Shown here piece after piece: positions 55,001 through 63,836 of a DNA stretch of 64,000 bases (positions are counted from its first letter, which is position 1; each line of letters opens with the position of its first letter). The stretch covers positions 53,075 to 117,074 of the forward strand of contig JBPCOQ010000128.1 of assembly GCA_051000095.1 (NCBI GenBank). The letters run 5' to 3'. Source of the stretch: Bryobacteraceae bacterium. Lineage in GTDB: Bacteria; Acidobacteriota; Terriglobia; Bryobacterales; Bryobacteraceae. The notes under the pieces are model-generated. The model did not search any database, was not told where the DNA came from, and saw only the letters and a program-made list of their open reading frames with translations. Position numbers and translations under genes: made by a program.

Positions 55001-55033
55001 CAAATCCAACTCGCCCTGAAGCTGAATTTCTGA
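52028..55033 (+). CDS. TonB-dependent receptor with an N-terminal carboxypeptidase-regulatory-like domain
   Basis: RITGQVLDASQAAVPGAAITLEN...AGRYTFVDLPVGNYNVRAEKAGF, then plug and barrel. The C-terminus ...QIQLALKLNF ends in F. 1001 aa. Confidence 0.8.
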   Translation: MRTVIAKLTVSMVVFALAFFPQTLKAQSGRITGQVLDASQAAVPGAAITLENPVNSDRRQLVTDNAGRYTFVDLPVGNYNVRAEKAGFQTQIRQSVAVNVGASVPVDFSLPTGQLSEQVQVVAEASVLQTEGANTGGVMENRQLTELPINGRDYARFSLLMPGAIARSNFIADLAFNGLHTVHNQFSIDGVDATRVDQPYMSNGYERGARLLTGSLDTIAEFRVQTSDYQAEYGRSAGSNINIVSKSGGNVFHGTLFEFFRNSALDAKNYFAPKTFKPPFRFNDFGGNIGGPLRKEKTFFFANYEGSRQRIGISGAGTVPSAKLRQLVLQTSPVLAPILALYPVGTSPTAASDLVDNYVTAKTSQVREDTGSVKIDQRFSDSDTVFVRVNVNDTHTFGPLFGVTPSALGNLDFQNVPIRTSNVAIHEQRLWSPTVISEFLIGAQRWGSHIISNEPYPLVSITGLTTVTGDRGRSIQNATSYQAGGNTTIVRGAHAIKFGATLYDIWVSRLSKNTSNLMYTSLQNFIDNSVAAANFNVGDPGHTTRADQIGVFLQDTYKIKETLTIDYGLRYDYETVPHDKHNATQTYDERIGMLGPPGTQYFRANKNDWGPRLGIAWQPTKRMVVRAGGGIFFQSYPVGFGSYTIPTNNIPGNTALLQKTIPTLSYPIVNFLSLGTAPLPSVAGFDWIRRDIYTEQWNFSVARELAPGTALQVAYIGNRGLNLRRGYTINFFDPALGRRPNPLYSNISIEGNTGQSTYNALQVSFHQRLKSGLVVQAEYGWAHGIDDVQDQGLFGSQPQDDNNFKAERGNSSGDIRHNLAYSLLYTIPMGSGHSFLGNWKGVPGSLVSGWTIASLGVIHTGIPFTVFIGTNPFGNGNFTNQRPNAVRGADPYAATKGVTGWLNPAAFTLPASGTFGNLGRNTVYGPDFANVDFSLLKSTKFSESKDLEFRAEFFNIPNHPNFAQPSSTFGTASFGQIFQTFGATLGLGTPRQIQLALKLNF

Positions 55034-55063
55034 GTGGCACAGGCATTCTTGCCTGTGTTGCAC
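55034..55063 (+). repeat. Type A REP-like hairpin between convergent genes
   Basis: gtggcacaggcattcttgcctgtgttgcac, starting 1 nt after the receptor stop. Confidence 0.7.
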
Positions 55064-55075
55064 TTAGATTCAAAC

Positions 55076-55558
55076 TCAAGCTTGCGTCCTTTGTGCCTGC
55101 GCCCGGGTCAGGTCGCTTTTCCAGCAAGACCACGCGAAGCGGACAGCCCTAACAACCCGCTCTTCTTGAAATGGCTTGGTGAGGACATCATAGCCGCCGC
55201 GTTCAATCACTTCCTGCCAGAGATAATCGTCGTTCACGGGCGAGGTGAGTATGACGCAGGTTCGCGGCGCCTTGGCGGCCAAGGTCTGTACCGCATCGCG
55301 CCAGTTGGAACCGGGCACATCGCGGTCGCAAAGCACGATCGCGAAGTTTTGATCGCTCAGTTTATCGATCGCCGATTCGCAGCTTTCAGTAAGCTCGAAA
55401 TGCCACTGGGCCCGTTTCGCAATTTGACTGAGAGCCACGCCATCTGAATTGTTGGGCATCACCGCCAGAATTCTGACTGGATTGCGATTGGTAGGACGAC
55501 CGCCGCTCTGTGCAAAACTGAACCATGCCGCCAGTTTCTTTAGGGTACGAGGCATCAT
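55076..55558 (-). CDS. Stand-alone receiver (REC) domain protein, atypical acidic pocket
   Basis: RILAVMPNNSDG...FAIVLCDRDVPG...VILTSP...DVLTKP. The phospho-acceptor Asp position is present, but the N-terminal DD pair is replaced by NN/SD. ATGA overlap with the TolC gene. Confidence 0.55.
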   Translation of the reverse strand: MMPRTLKKLAAWFSFAQSGGRPTNRNPVRILAVMPNNSDGVALSQIAKRAQWHFELTESCESAIDKLSDQNFAIVLCDRDVPGSNWRDAVQTLAAKAPRTCVILTSPVNDDYLWQEVIERGGYDVLTKPFQEERVVRAVRFAWSCWKSDLTRAQAQRTQA

Positions 55559-56862
55559 CGTAAATCCCCAATCTCGTACTGCAGGAGCGAGTGCTGGGTT
55601 TGATAGTCGTACTTAGCTCCCGCATTCGCAATCTGAGCGGAGGTGAAATTCAGTTGAGCCTGGCTGAGCTCGATGATAGAGCCCAAACCGAGATCGTACC
55701 GGCTCTGGGCCAGATCCTGCCCAAGTTTCGCCTGATCGAGGAGTTGGGCCGTGAGGCTCATGCGATCATACGCATTCAGCGCGTTGAGATAGGCGATCCG
55801 GACGTCGCGCACGATGCGGTTTTCCTGATCCTGGATACGCTTCGTTGCGGCCTGCGCCCGCAGTTCGGCTTCCGTCCGCCGGGCTTTGAATAAGCCGCCG
55901 TTGAAAATCGGCACCGTGACGTTTGCCCCGAACGCGCCGTACCGGCCAGGAATGGCCGCCTGGCCCGCCGGAACAAAACCCGCGGTGGCGATCACTCCCA
56001 CCGAAGGATAAGCCAACGCCTTTTCAGCCTGGAAGAAGCGCTCCGCCGCGGTGGATTGGAACCGCAAATTTGCCAGTTCCGGACGCTGCCGGATAGCGTG
56101 GTCGATCAGGGGATTGATGCGATCGGGCGGAGCATCGGGCGTTGGTTCTTCCGCAAGAACGAACCCCACTTGGCCCGGGATTCCCATTGCCGTCGCAAGC
56201 TGCGCTTCAGATGCCTGCAGTCCGTTTTGAGCGTCTAGTAACTGCAGTTTCGCATCGGCAAGGTTCACATTCGCGAAGCTCACGTCGAGCTGCGATTTCA
56301 GTTTGCTGGCCGCGAGTTGTGCCACCTGGTCGGCGACAAGTTGACGGGCGGAAACGGTCTGCAGCGCGACCGTTAATAGCGAGTGGGCTCGCAGTACCGC
56401 GAAATATGCGCGATCGGTGTCGAGCAGAATGCCGGCATGCACGGTTTGCGTGACCTGGTCCTGAGCCGCGGCGCTGAACTTCGCCTCCGATATCAGGTTC
56501 GAGGTTCGGCCAAAGTCGGTAATCAACTGGCTGAGCGAGAGCCCTGAGCCGATTCGGTTGTAAACGACGGGATTATTCAGTCCCCCCGCGGCCAGACGGC
56601 TCCCTGAATCGGCGCCCACCCCTGTAAAGCTACCGAAGAAATTAGGTTCAAGCCCCGCGCGCACCTCGTTCGGAACCTGGGCCGCCGCTCCCGCGGTGAA
56701 TTCCGCCGCCGAAAGCGCCGGATTGCTTTGAAGCGCTATCTTCTCCGCTTCCGCCAACGTCAAGTGCAAGGTGTCTTGTTGCGCCAGAGCTGCGCCGGTC
56801 GCCAGGAGGGCGGACAAAAAAACCACACAGGCACGAATGCCTGTACCACTGGCTTCGATCAT
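55555..56862 (-). CDS. TolC-family outer membrane efflux protein
   Basis: Two OEP repeats. The start was chosen at MIEASGTGIRACVVFLSALLATGAALAQQ. The longer ORF (to 57093) is a translation of REP repeats. Confidence 0.8.
   Translation of the reverse strand: MIEASGTGIRACVVFLSALLATGAALAQQDTLHLTLAEAEKIALQSNPALSAAEFTAGAAAQVPNEVRAGLEPNFFGSFTGVGADSGSRLAAGGLNNPVVYNRIGSGLSLSQLITDFGRTSNLISEAKFSAAAQDQVTQTVHAGILLDTDRAYFAVLRAHSLLTVALQTVSARQLVADQVAQLAASKLKSQLDVSFANVNLADAKLQLLDAQNGLQASEAQLATAMGIPGQVGFVLAEEPTPDAPPDRINPLIDHAIRQRPELANLRFQSTAAERFFQAEKALAYPSVGVIATAGFVPAGQAAIPGRYGAFGANVTVPIFNGGLFKARRTEAELRAQAATKRIQDQENRIVRDVRIAYLNALNAYDRMSLTAQLLDQAKLGQDLAQSRYDLGLGSIIELSQAQLNFTSAQIANAGAKYDYQTQHSLLQYEIGDLR
56824..56849 (-). 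repeat. Type A REP-like hairpin variant inside the predicted TolC signal-peptide codons
   Basis: The minus strand reads GTGGTACAGGCATTCGTGCCTGTGTG. Confidence 0.55.
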
Positions 56863-56916
56863 TCCTGGCTGTTTAGATGGGCGGGATCGCCCACCAAAGG
56901 CGATGAGAAAAGGTGA

Positions 56917-56964
56917 GTGGAGCAGGCGGTTTCGCCTGCCCGGCAGGCCAACGGCCTGCCCCAC
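56917..56964. repeat. Inverted doublet of type B REP-like units
   Basis: GTGGAGCAGGCGGTTTCGCCTGC-ccg-GCAGGCCAACGGCCTGCCCCAC. Confidence 0.65.
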
Positions 56965-57034
56965 TCTTCCTTGTACGACCGAAGTTTTTCGAGAGTGGAT
57001 TCCGAAGGCATGTCTGGCATTTTCCAGCATTCTG

Positions 57035-60000
57035 TTAGGCATTTTGGAGCTCGTTGTGATCGGAAGAACCAACCCCCGGATTGCGCCGCCCATAAACCAA
57101 CAGATACGCCGCGGGTACGAGAAAGACAGTCAAGAGAACGGATACACTTAATCCGCCCAGGATCGCGCGCGCCAATGGGGCGTATGACTCACTGCCGGCG
57201 CCGAGTTTGAGCGCCATGGGCAAAAGCCCGATGATCGTGGCCAGTGACGTCATCAGAACGGGGCGGAGACGAACCCGGCAGGCCATCGCAACCGCTTCCC
57301 GGACAGCCATGCCTTCCTCTCGCAAATGACGCGTGAACTCGACGATGAGGATGCTGTTCGAGACAGCAATGCCGACCAGCATCACCACTCCCATCAGCGA
57401 CATCACATTCAGGGTGGTTCCGCTCAGGTAGAGCGTCACGATGACGCCCATGAGCCCCGGAGGCACCGCTACCAGGATGATAAACGGATCGATAAACGAG
57501 TGGAATTGCGCCACCAGAATCAGGTACAGGAGCACCACTGAGAGGCAGAGTCCCAGCGCAAAGCTCCGAAACGACGCGCGCATACCCTGGACCATGCCGC
57601 GCAATACTACCGCCACTCCTTCCGGCGTTTTCGTCCGGGCGACGATCCGGTCAATCGAGTTCGCAATTCTGGCCAAATCCTCGTTCAGCGGACGAACGTA
57701 GATATCGATAGTGCGGCGTAATTGATAATGGTCGACTTCGGTCGGCGACTTTATGCGCCGGATATCGCTGATCATATCCAGCCGGGTCGGCTCGACATGA
57801 GTGGGACCGCGCAACGGAATGGACCTGAGGTCGAGAACATTTCTAACCTGGCGCTCGGGGTACTGAACGGTCAGCATGTAATCGTTCCCGTTCTTAGGAT
57901 CGATCCAGTAGCTCGGTGCGATCATCTGATTTGACGTGAGGGCAGTGATGAGATTGCCGACGATCTCCCTCTGATCGAGACCCAGTTCGCTGGCGCGAGT
58001 GCGGTCGATTTTTAACTTGAGGGCCGGATAGTCGATATCTTGAGGAATAAATGCGTCGGCTACGCCCGGGATTTTCCTGATCTTGGATGCTAACCGCAGC
58101 GCCGTCGCGTAAGCCTTGTCTATGTTTGAGCCAGCGACCTGAACGTCGATTGGGGCTGGCAGACCCATGTTCAAAACCGCGTCCACCAAGCCGCCGGATT
58201 GGAAGTAAGCGCTGAGCTCGGGCAGTTCGGTTTCGATCTTTTCTTTCACTCGCGACATGTACTCATAACTGCCCACCTTGTGTTCGTCTTTCAAGCTGAC
58301 CTGCACAAAAGCGGTGTGCATGGCGGAGTTCGTCGTGTAAATAGAGGAGAACCCCGGGGTGACGCCCACGTTCGACACAATCATTCCGAGGTCCTCCGCG
58401 CTTACGACTCTGCGAATGAGGTCCTCGACCTTGGCGACTTCCAGCTCGGTTACGCCCAATCGCGTTCCCGTGGGAGCCTTCAAGTTGATCACGAATTGGC
58501 CTGCGTCGGTTCTGGGAAAAAAGGACAGCCCGAGCAGAGGAAACAGAGCGAGAGTTGCAAGGAACAACACGCCAAATGCGGCCAGGGTAAGCACCGGCCG
58601 GCGCAGGACGGCAGCGACGGACCTGTCGTACACCCGCAGAAACACTTCAAAACGGTCGTTAAACCACACATTGAAGCGATTGCCGAAAGCCCACCGGCCC
58701 TTGTTCTCTTTCCTTATTTCGACCGGCTCTTCCGAAGAAGGCGTGCCGTGATGCGCGGGCGCCTTGATGAAGCGGGCGCAGAACAATGGCACGACCGTGA
58801 GCGCTACCACATAGGACGCGAATAGCGAAAGCGCAACTGCGAGAGCGAGCGCCGAAAACAGGTACTTGCTCACCCCATACAGGAACGTAACCGGGAAAAA
58901 GACGACCACGGTGGTCAAGGTTGCCGATAAAACCGGGAGCGCTACTTCCCGTCCGCCCTTCTTCGCCGCTTCCTCCGGAGTTTCTCCTAACTCCAGATGA
59001 CGGTAGATGTTCTCCAGCACCACGACGGAGTTATCGATCAAGCGGGAAAACGCCAGCGCCAGACCGCCCAGCACCATGCTGTTGATCGAGCCCCCGCCCA
59101 ACGAGAGCGCGATGAATGCGGCCAGCGCCGACAAAGGAATTGAGAAGAACACGGCCACGGTCGCCCGCATGCTACCCAGAAAAATCAGGATCATGATCGA
59201 AGTCAGGAATAATCCGATCGCTCCTTCGTCCAGCAGCGTCTCAATCGCCGTCTTCACAAACTTCGACTGGTCGAAGACCACTTGAGTGACTAACTGCCGA
59301 GGCACGTCGAAAAGCTTTGTTAGGGCCTGTCGCACGCCATCCACGACGGCAATCGTGTTCGTATCGCCGCCTTGCTTCAGCACTGGAACATAGACGGACC
59401 GCTGTCCATCCACGCGCACCAGGCTGGTCTGGATCTGGTGCGCATCCTGAGCGTATCCGATATCCGCTATCCGGACGGGAGATTCTCCAACCATCTTGAG
59501 CGGTAGTTGATTGATCTCGCCGATCGTGTCTAGCTGGCTGTTGGTGTAGATGTTATAGTCCAGTGGACCGATCTGTACGTCGCCCGCGGGAAGAATCAGG
59601 TTCGAATTGTTTACGGAACGCACTACATCCATCAGGCTGAGCTGATGGGCTTCCAGCTTGTATGGGTCCGCGTACACCATGATCTGACGGTACAGCCCGC
59701 CAAACGGCACTGGGACCGATGCTCCCGGCACGCTGGCAATCTGGTTCCGAACCTGGAATTGCGCCAGGTCGCGCAGGTTCGTTTCCGTCAGGCCTTCACC
59801 TTTGAACGTGACCAGACACACCGGAAGACTCGACGCGTCAAACTTGAGCACAACTGGAGGTAGTGTGCCCGGTGGCAGGCGCCGCAACTGGGCCATCGCG
59901 AGGTTGGAGATGGTGGTCACGGCGGAATCGGCGTTGGTGCCCGGTTGAAAGTAAACTTTTATGATGCTCACACCCGGGAGCGAGCGGGATTCGATGTGCT

Positions 60001-60226
60001 CGATTCCACTACCCAATGTGAAGAAGCGTTCGAAGCGGCTGGTTATGTCGGTCTCGATCTGCTCGGGTGGCATCCCGGAGTAGAAGGTTGCAACGACGAC
60101 CACCGGGATGTTCATCACCGGGAACATGTCGACCGGCATTCGTACTGTGCTAGTCACGCCGACAACGGCGATCACCAGGCAAATGACGACGATAAAGTAT
60201 GGATTACCGATGGCAAAGCGCGACAT
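57035..60226 (-). CDS. RND efflux transporter permease (AcrB/HAE1-like)
   Basis: 1063 aa with 12 TM segments and two large periplasmic loops. MSRFAIGNPYFIVVICLVIAVVG is a typical N-terminus. Confidence 0.88.
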   Translation of the reverse strand: MSRFAIGNPYFIVVICLVIAVVGVTSTVRMPVDMFPVMNIPVVVVATFYSGMPPEQIETDITSRFERFFTLGSGIEHIESRSLPGVSIIKVYFQPGTNADSAVTTISNLAMAQLRRLPPGTLPPVVLKFDASSLPVCLVTFKGEGLTETNLRDLAQFQVRNQIASVPGASVPVPFGGLYRQIMVYADPYKLEAHQLSLMDVVRSVNNSNLILPAGDVQIGPLDYNIYTNSQLDTIGEINQLPLKMVGESPVRIADIGYAQDAHQIQTSLVRVDGQRSVYVPVLKQGGDTNTIAVVDGVRQALTKLFDVPRQLVTQVVFDQSKFVKTAIETLLDEGAIGLFLTSIMILIFLGSMRATVAVFFSIPLSALAAFIALSLGGGSINSMVLGGLALAFSRLIDNSVVVLENIYRHLELGETPEEAAKKGGREVALPVLSATLTTVVVFFPVTFLYGVSKYLFSALALAVALSLFASYVVALTVVPLFCARFIKAPAHHGTPSSEEPVEIRKENKGRWAFGNRFNVWFNDRFEVFLRVYDRSVAAVLRRPVLTLAAFGVLFLATLALFPLLGLSFFPRTDAGQFVINLKAPTGTRLGVTELEVAKVEDLIRRVVSAEDLGMIVSNVGVTPGFSSIYTTNSAMHTAFVQVSLKDEHKVGSYEYMSRVKEKIETELPELSAYFQSGGLVDAVLNMGLPAPIDVQVAGSNIDKAYATALRLASKIRKIPGVADAFIPQDIDYPALKLKIDRTRASELGLDQREIVGNLITALTSNQMIAPSYWIDPKNGNDYMLTVQYPERQVRNVLDLRSIPLRGPTHVEPTRLDMISDIRRIKSPTEVDHYQLRRTIDIYVRPLNEDLARIANSIDRIVARTKTPEGVAVVLRGMVQGMRASFRSFALGLCLSVVLLYLILVAQFHSFIDPFIILVAVPPGLMGVIVTLYLSGTTLNVMSLMGVVMLVGIAVSNSILIVEFTRHLREEGMAVREAVAMACRVRLRPVLMTSLATIIGLLPMALKLGAGSESYAPLARAILGGLSVSVLLTVFLVPAAYLLVYGRRNPGVGSSDHNELQNA

Positions 60227-60235
60227 GTTTGAACT

Positions 60236-61513
60236 TCAGTTCTCCTCTTTTGCCATAGCGACCGTGACTTTAGGCTTTACAAGTTGCCCGGTCTGCAAAG
60301 CGGCCCGGCTTCCGATGACGACCAGTTCCCCATCGCGCAAGCCGGAGCGGATTTCCACGCGATTGGCTGTTTCCAGCCCGACGGTGACGTTACGAAATTC
60401 AAGGTGGTTATCCGGCCTGACGACCAGCACTTTCCCTGTCGTATTCTTCCGTCCATCATCGGACGATCCGCTGTTATCAAGATCGACAGCCGAGACCGGG
60501 ATCGCCAATGCGTGGTTGCTTCGTTGCAGCGTAAGATCGACTTCAGCGTACATTCCTGGCACCAGGATCAGCTTTGGGTTTGGAACGTCAACCTCGGTAT
60601 CCATGGTTCTGGTCGCGAGTTGAAGCTTGTCGGCGGAACGGGCCACTTTGCCCGGGAACGTCCGATTGAGCGTGGGGACGCGCACGTCTACCTGTTGGCC
60701 CACGTGAACGGAAGGGACCGCTGATTCGGGCACGGGAAGAGTCAGCCTCAGCAGAGAGTTTTCGGATAGACGCACGATCGGCATCGCCTGAGTCTGGGAT
60801 GCGGTACCGGCCTGGATCATGGAGCCGGTGTTCGCATATCGCTTCGTGATCACTCCGGAGAAAGGAGCCGTGACGCGCGTATAATCCAACATCGTCTGAT
60901 CTTTGCCGAGATCCGCTTTGGTCACTCCGACCTGCTCGGCGGCGGCGGCCAAATTCGATTTGGCGGCCTGAACCTGGGCCTCTCCAACCAGGTCTTTGCC
61001 TTGCGCGTCATCCACTTCCTGTTGGGCGATTAAGCCTGGCCGTGTCTTCATGACGGAAGCCAGGCGGTCGTAGTTTAGATGGGCCATCTGGTGCGCCGAC
61101 TCCGCTCGCCGCACCTCATCTTGCGCCTGCGTGACTTGGGCCTGGCTCCGGAGTACTCCGGCTTTGGCTTTCGTCACCTCGTCGCCCATCTCGGGTATTT
61201 CGAGTACCGCAATCAACTGGCCTTGCTTCACACGGTCGCCGATGTCGACGTTGATGTTTTTGACATAGCCGGCTACCTTTGCCATAAGGTCGACTTCTTG
61301 AAACGGCGTGAACTCAGCGGTGAGCACAAGAACCTGGGATAAATCGCTCGTGCCCGCCTTCGCTACAGCCACAGTTGGAATGTCTTCGGCCATTTTCTGC
61401 TGAGCCTCAACGTTCCGCGGGTCATGACAAGAGCTCGCCGCCAGTGCGGCCAGCATCACCAGCACGGCACTTGTTAACGACGGCAATAGTTTTCGAGAAG
61501 ATGAATTAATCAC
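60236..61513 (-). CDS. RND efflux periplasmic adaptor (MFP/HlyD family)
   Basis: Lipoprotein-like signal (AASSC), a coiled-coil hairpin region and beta-barrel motifs (GMYAEVDL). Confidence 0.82.
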   Translation of the reverse strand: MINSSSRKLLPSLTSAVLVMLAALAASSCHDPRNVEAQQKMAEDIPTVAVAKAGTSDLSQVLVLTAEFTPFQEVDLMAKVAGYVKNINVDIGDRVKQGQLIAVLEIPEMGDEVTKAKAGVLRSQAQVTQAQDEVRRAESAHQMAHLNYDRLASVMKTRPGLIAQQEVDDAQGKDLVGEAQVQAAKSNLAAAAEQVGVTKADLGKDQTMLDYTRVTAPFSGVITKRYANTGSMIQAGTASQTQAMPIVRLSENSLLRLTLPVPESAVPSVHVGQQVDVRVPTLNRTFPGKVARSADKLQLATRTMDTEVDVPNPKLILVPGMYAEVDLTLQRSNHALAIPVSAVDLDNSGSSDDGRKNTTGKVLVVRPDNHLEFRNVTVGLETANRVEIRSGLRDGELVVIGSRAALQTGQLVKPKVTVAMAKEEN

Positions 61514-62217
61514 GGTTTGAATTGCTTTACCTCGTCAACGAGCCGATCCAGCGAGAAGCCGCTCGATTGGCAGAACTCGATAAATCTCTGTTTTCCATGC
61601 AGCAGATCAGCGGCTACTTCCGGCAATTTGGGAGCGATCTCGAGAGGAATCGACAGCACGCCGTGGGAGTCGGCGATGAGCAAGTCGCCAGGATTTATGT
61701 GCAGGCCACAGATGTCTACGGGTTGAGCGCAATCGGTTAAGTGCGAGTAGGAGTGCGAGGGCGATACATGGACCGCGAATAGTGGAAAATTCATCGCCGC
61801 GATGACAGGGAGGTCGCGCACGGCTCCATTCGTCACGGCTCCAGCGCAACCTAAAGCTTTGAAAATCGCCGCCGCGAGTTGTCCGACGCACGCGCCAACT
61901 CCAGGGTGACCGTCAATATCCTGGATGACGGCAATGCGTGGCCTCGGCAGACGCTCCATCGCCTCCCACCAGTCGTGGTGCTCAAAATAGTAGCGGCCGG
62001 ACAGCGGCGGCTCCGACGATTTGATCCGGGCAGTGGAAGCGTAGCCGATCACGGGCGCGCTTCCCGTCCAGGCCCGCAGACCTGGGCGTGTGTAACCTTG
62101 GTTGAGCAGCCGTACATCGAACATTTCCAGCGCGTCCGAGAGAATACACGTATCGAACTGCTGAAGCGCGTCGATTACCGCTTGGGGAAGGGGTAAATTG
62201 TCAGGTGAATTTAGCAA
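61510..62217 (-). CDS. RraA-family protein (RraA / HMG-CHA aldolase-like)
   Basis: FDTCILSDAL...GACVGQLAAAIFKALGCAGAVTNGAVRD...GDLLIADSHGVLSIP. TTG start and an ATGA overlap with the adaptor gene. Confidence 0.62.
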   Translation of the reverse strand: MLNSPDNLPLPQAVIDALQQFDTCILSDALEMFDVRLLNQGYTRPGLRAWTGSAPVIGYASTARIKSSEPPLSGRYYFEHHDWWEAMERLPRPRIAVIQDIDGHPGVGACVGQLAAAIFKALGCAGAVTNGAVRDLPVIAAMNFPLFAVHVSPSHSYSHLTDCAQPVDICGLHINPGDLLIADSHGVLSIPLEIAPKLPEVAADLLHGKQRFIEFCQSSGFSLDRLVDEVKQFKP

Positions 62218-62514
62218 GCCGGAGTGGCGCTCGGTTCCGGGCGCCTACTTAGAAATATAAAGAAACCTTCAGCAGCTTTCCATACCGGGAAGTGGGTAGT
62301 TTGCGAGATAAGCCTGGGTAGAGCGTCCAGTTTCAGGCGGACTCCACATGGTTTTGCCGTCCCAGTGAGAGATCGACGAACGTGGTCCGGCCAGCCTCGC
62401 GACTCGGCAGCGCGGCGAAGCGCTCCTTCAGCTTTTGCGCCTCTGCGGCGAATCGCAGCGCCGGTGAGAACCCGTCCCCTTGATTCCACACCGGAAGGGG
62501 GAAGATGATAAACC

Positions 62515-62913
62515 ATGGCTTACGACTTGGGTCTGGCCGAACGCGTTCGATCGATTCTGAAGGAACGCGGCGGATTCTCGGAATGCAAAATGTTCGGATG
62601 CATAGCCTTCATGATCAACGGCCACATGTGCTGCGGTGTCATGAAGACAGATCTGTTTCTGCGGCTTTCGCCGGAAGGAGCGGTCACAGCGCGCGGCCAG
62701 CGGCATACGCGGCCGATGGATTCTACCGGCAAGCGGATGAAGTCGATGATTCTCGTCGACGCCCAAGGTACCGCTTCCGACCAGACGCTACAGGAGTGGG
62801 TCGAATCCGCCTTTGCGGTTGTGCGAACACTTCCTCCTAAAAACCCGCTGGCCAAGAGTCCGAGAGGCGCTTCTCGATCCAGTCGCAAGCGGAGGTATAC
62901 ACGAAGCAGGTGA
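62515..62913 (+). CDS. TfoX N-terminal domain protein
   Basis: LAERVRSILKERGGFSECKMFGCIAFMINGHMCCGV...LFLRL matches the TfoX_N pattern. Confidence 0.62.
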   Translation: MAYDLGLAERVRSILKERGGFSECKMFGCIAFMINGHMCCGVMKTDLFLRLSPEGAVTARGQRHTRPMDSTGKRMKSMILVDAQGTASDQTLQEWVESAFAVVRTLPPKNPLAKSPRGASRSSRKRRYTRSR

Positions 62914-62930
62914 CAAGATCACCTGCTCCA

Positions 62931-63836
62931 CTATTCCAGATTCAGGGCCTGCTCGCGGATCTTCTCGATATCGGCTTTGGTCGCTAGCGCTAAATCGGTG
63001 ATCTTGAGCCCCAGGTCGCCGATACCGTTTGTCTTTGACAGGATTGTGTTGGTCTCGCGGTTCATTTCCTGCAGCAGAAAATCGATTTTCTTGCCGACCT
63101 CGCCGCCGGTGCTCAACAGTTCATCGAGCTGGCGGGAGTGGATACTCAGGCGTGTGCATTCCTCGCCGATGTCGCTGCGATCCGATATGAGAGCTGCTTC
63201 CTGAGTGAGACGCTGAGGGTCGATGGCGGCGCCGCGGAGCAGTTCTTTCAGCCGGTCGGTCAGGCGTTGTTGGAACGCCGGCATGGCAGTGGAGCGGATG
63301 TCCTCCACCTGTTTGCACCGCCGGGCGATGGCGCCGTTGTGATGGCGAATAACAGCCGCTAACTCAGCGCCCTCCCGCGCGCGGAACTGATTCAGCGCCG
63401 CGAGCGTTTCCTCCAAAGCCGCCAGTAAAAGAGGCTCGAGGCTGCCGCTGACCGTTTCGTCAACCACAGAACCGAACATTCCGGGGATACGGAAAGCGGT
63501 GTTGAGATCGGGGGCCGCCTCGGGCAGATGGTGAAGCTCCGCGGCTCTTCGGAACGCGCCGATGTACTGACCTAGCATCGCCTCGTTCAGCCCGGTGGCG
63601 CCGTCCTGGGAACGCACCAGAGAGACCCGGATATCCACGTGGCCTCGAAGCACCGCCCGCTTGATGGCGCTCCGCATCGCATTCTCGAATGGATCGACCT
63701 CGGCCCCGTGATGGAAGTGCAGATCGAGCCCTCGGTGATTCAGACTCTTGATCGTGATGGCAATCTCGCCGTTGCCGGCCGAGGTAGAGACACGGGCGAA
63801 GCCTGTCATGCTGCGGATGGGATGGTTCGGCTTCAT
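62931..63836 (-). CDS. yicC: YicC family stress-induced protein
   Basis: [10 protein letters not shown]...SLNHRGLDL...DIGEECTRL...[19 protein letters not shown]. Confidence 0.85.
   Translation of the reverse strand: MKPNHPIRSMTGFARVSTSAGNGEIAITIKSLNHRGLDLHFHHGAEVDPFENAMRSAIKRAVLRGHVDIRVSLVRSQDGATGLNEAMLGQYIGAFRRAAELHHLPEAAPDLNTAFRIPGMFGSVVDETVSGSLEPLLLAALEETLAALNQFRAREGAELAAVIRHHNGAIARRCKQVEDIRSTAMPAFQQRLTDRLKELLRGAAIDPQRLTQEAALISDRSDIGEECTRLSIHSRQLDELLSTGGEVGKKIDFLLQEMNRETNTILSKTNGIGDLGLKITDLALATKADIEKIREQALNLE

Noticed and set aside
54830-55063. Small ORFs containing QECLCY or AQAFLPVLHL peptides: 54830..55063(-), 55034..55447(+), 17370..17561(-), 10795..10980(-), 49554..49874(+), and the N-terminal extension of dcd.
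   Set aside because: These peptides are simply translations of the type A hairpin repeat and recur wherever the repeat occurs.
62333-62491. A 52-codon GTG-start ORF on the minus strand between the rraA-like gene and tfoX (MWNQGDGFSPALRFAAEAQKLKERFAALPSREAGRTTFVDLSLGRQNHVESA).
   Set aside because: The composition looks protein-like, but there is no recognisable family, no clear RBS, and it is short. It is left as an unverified possibility only.
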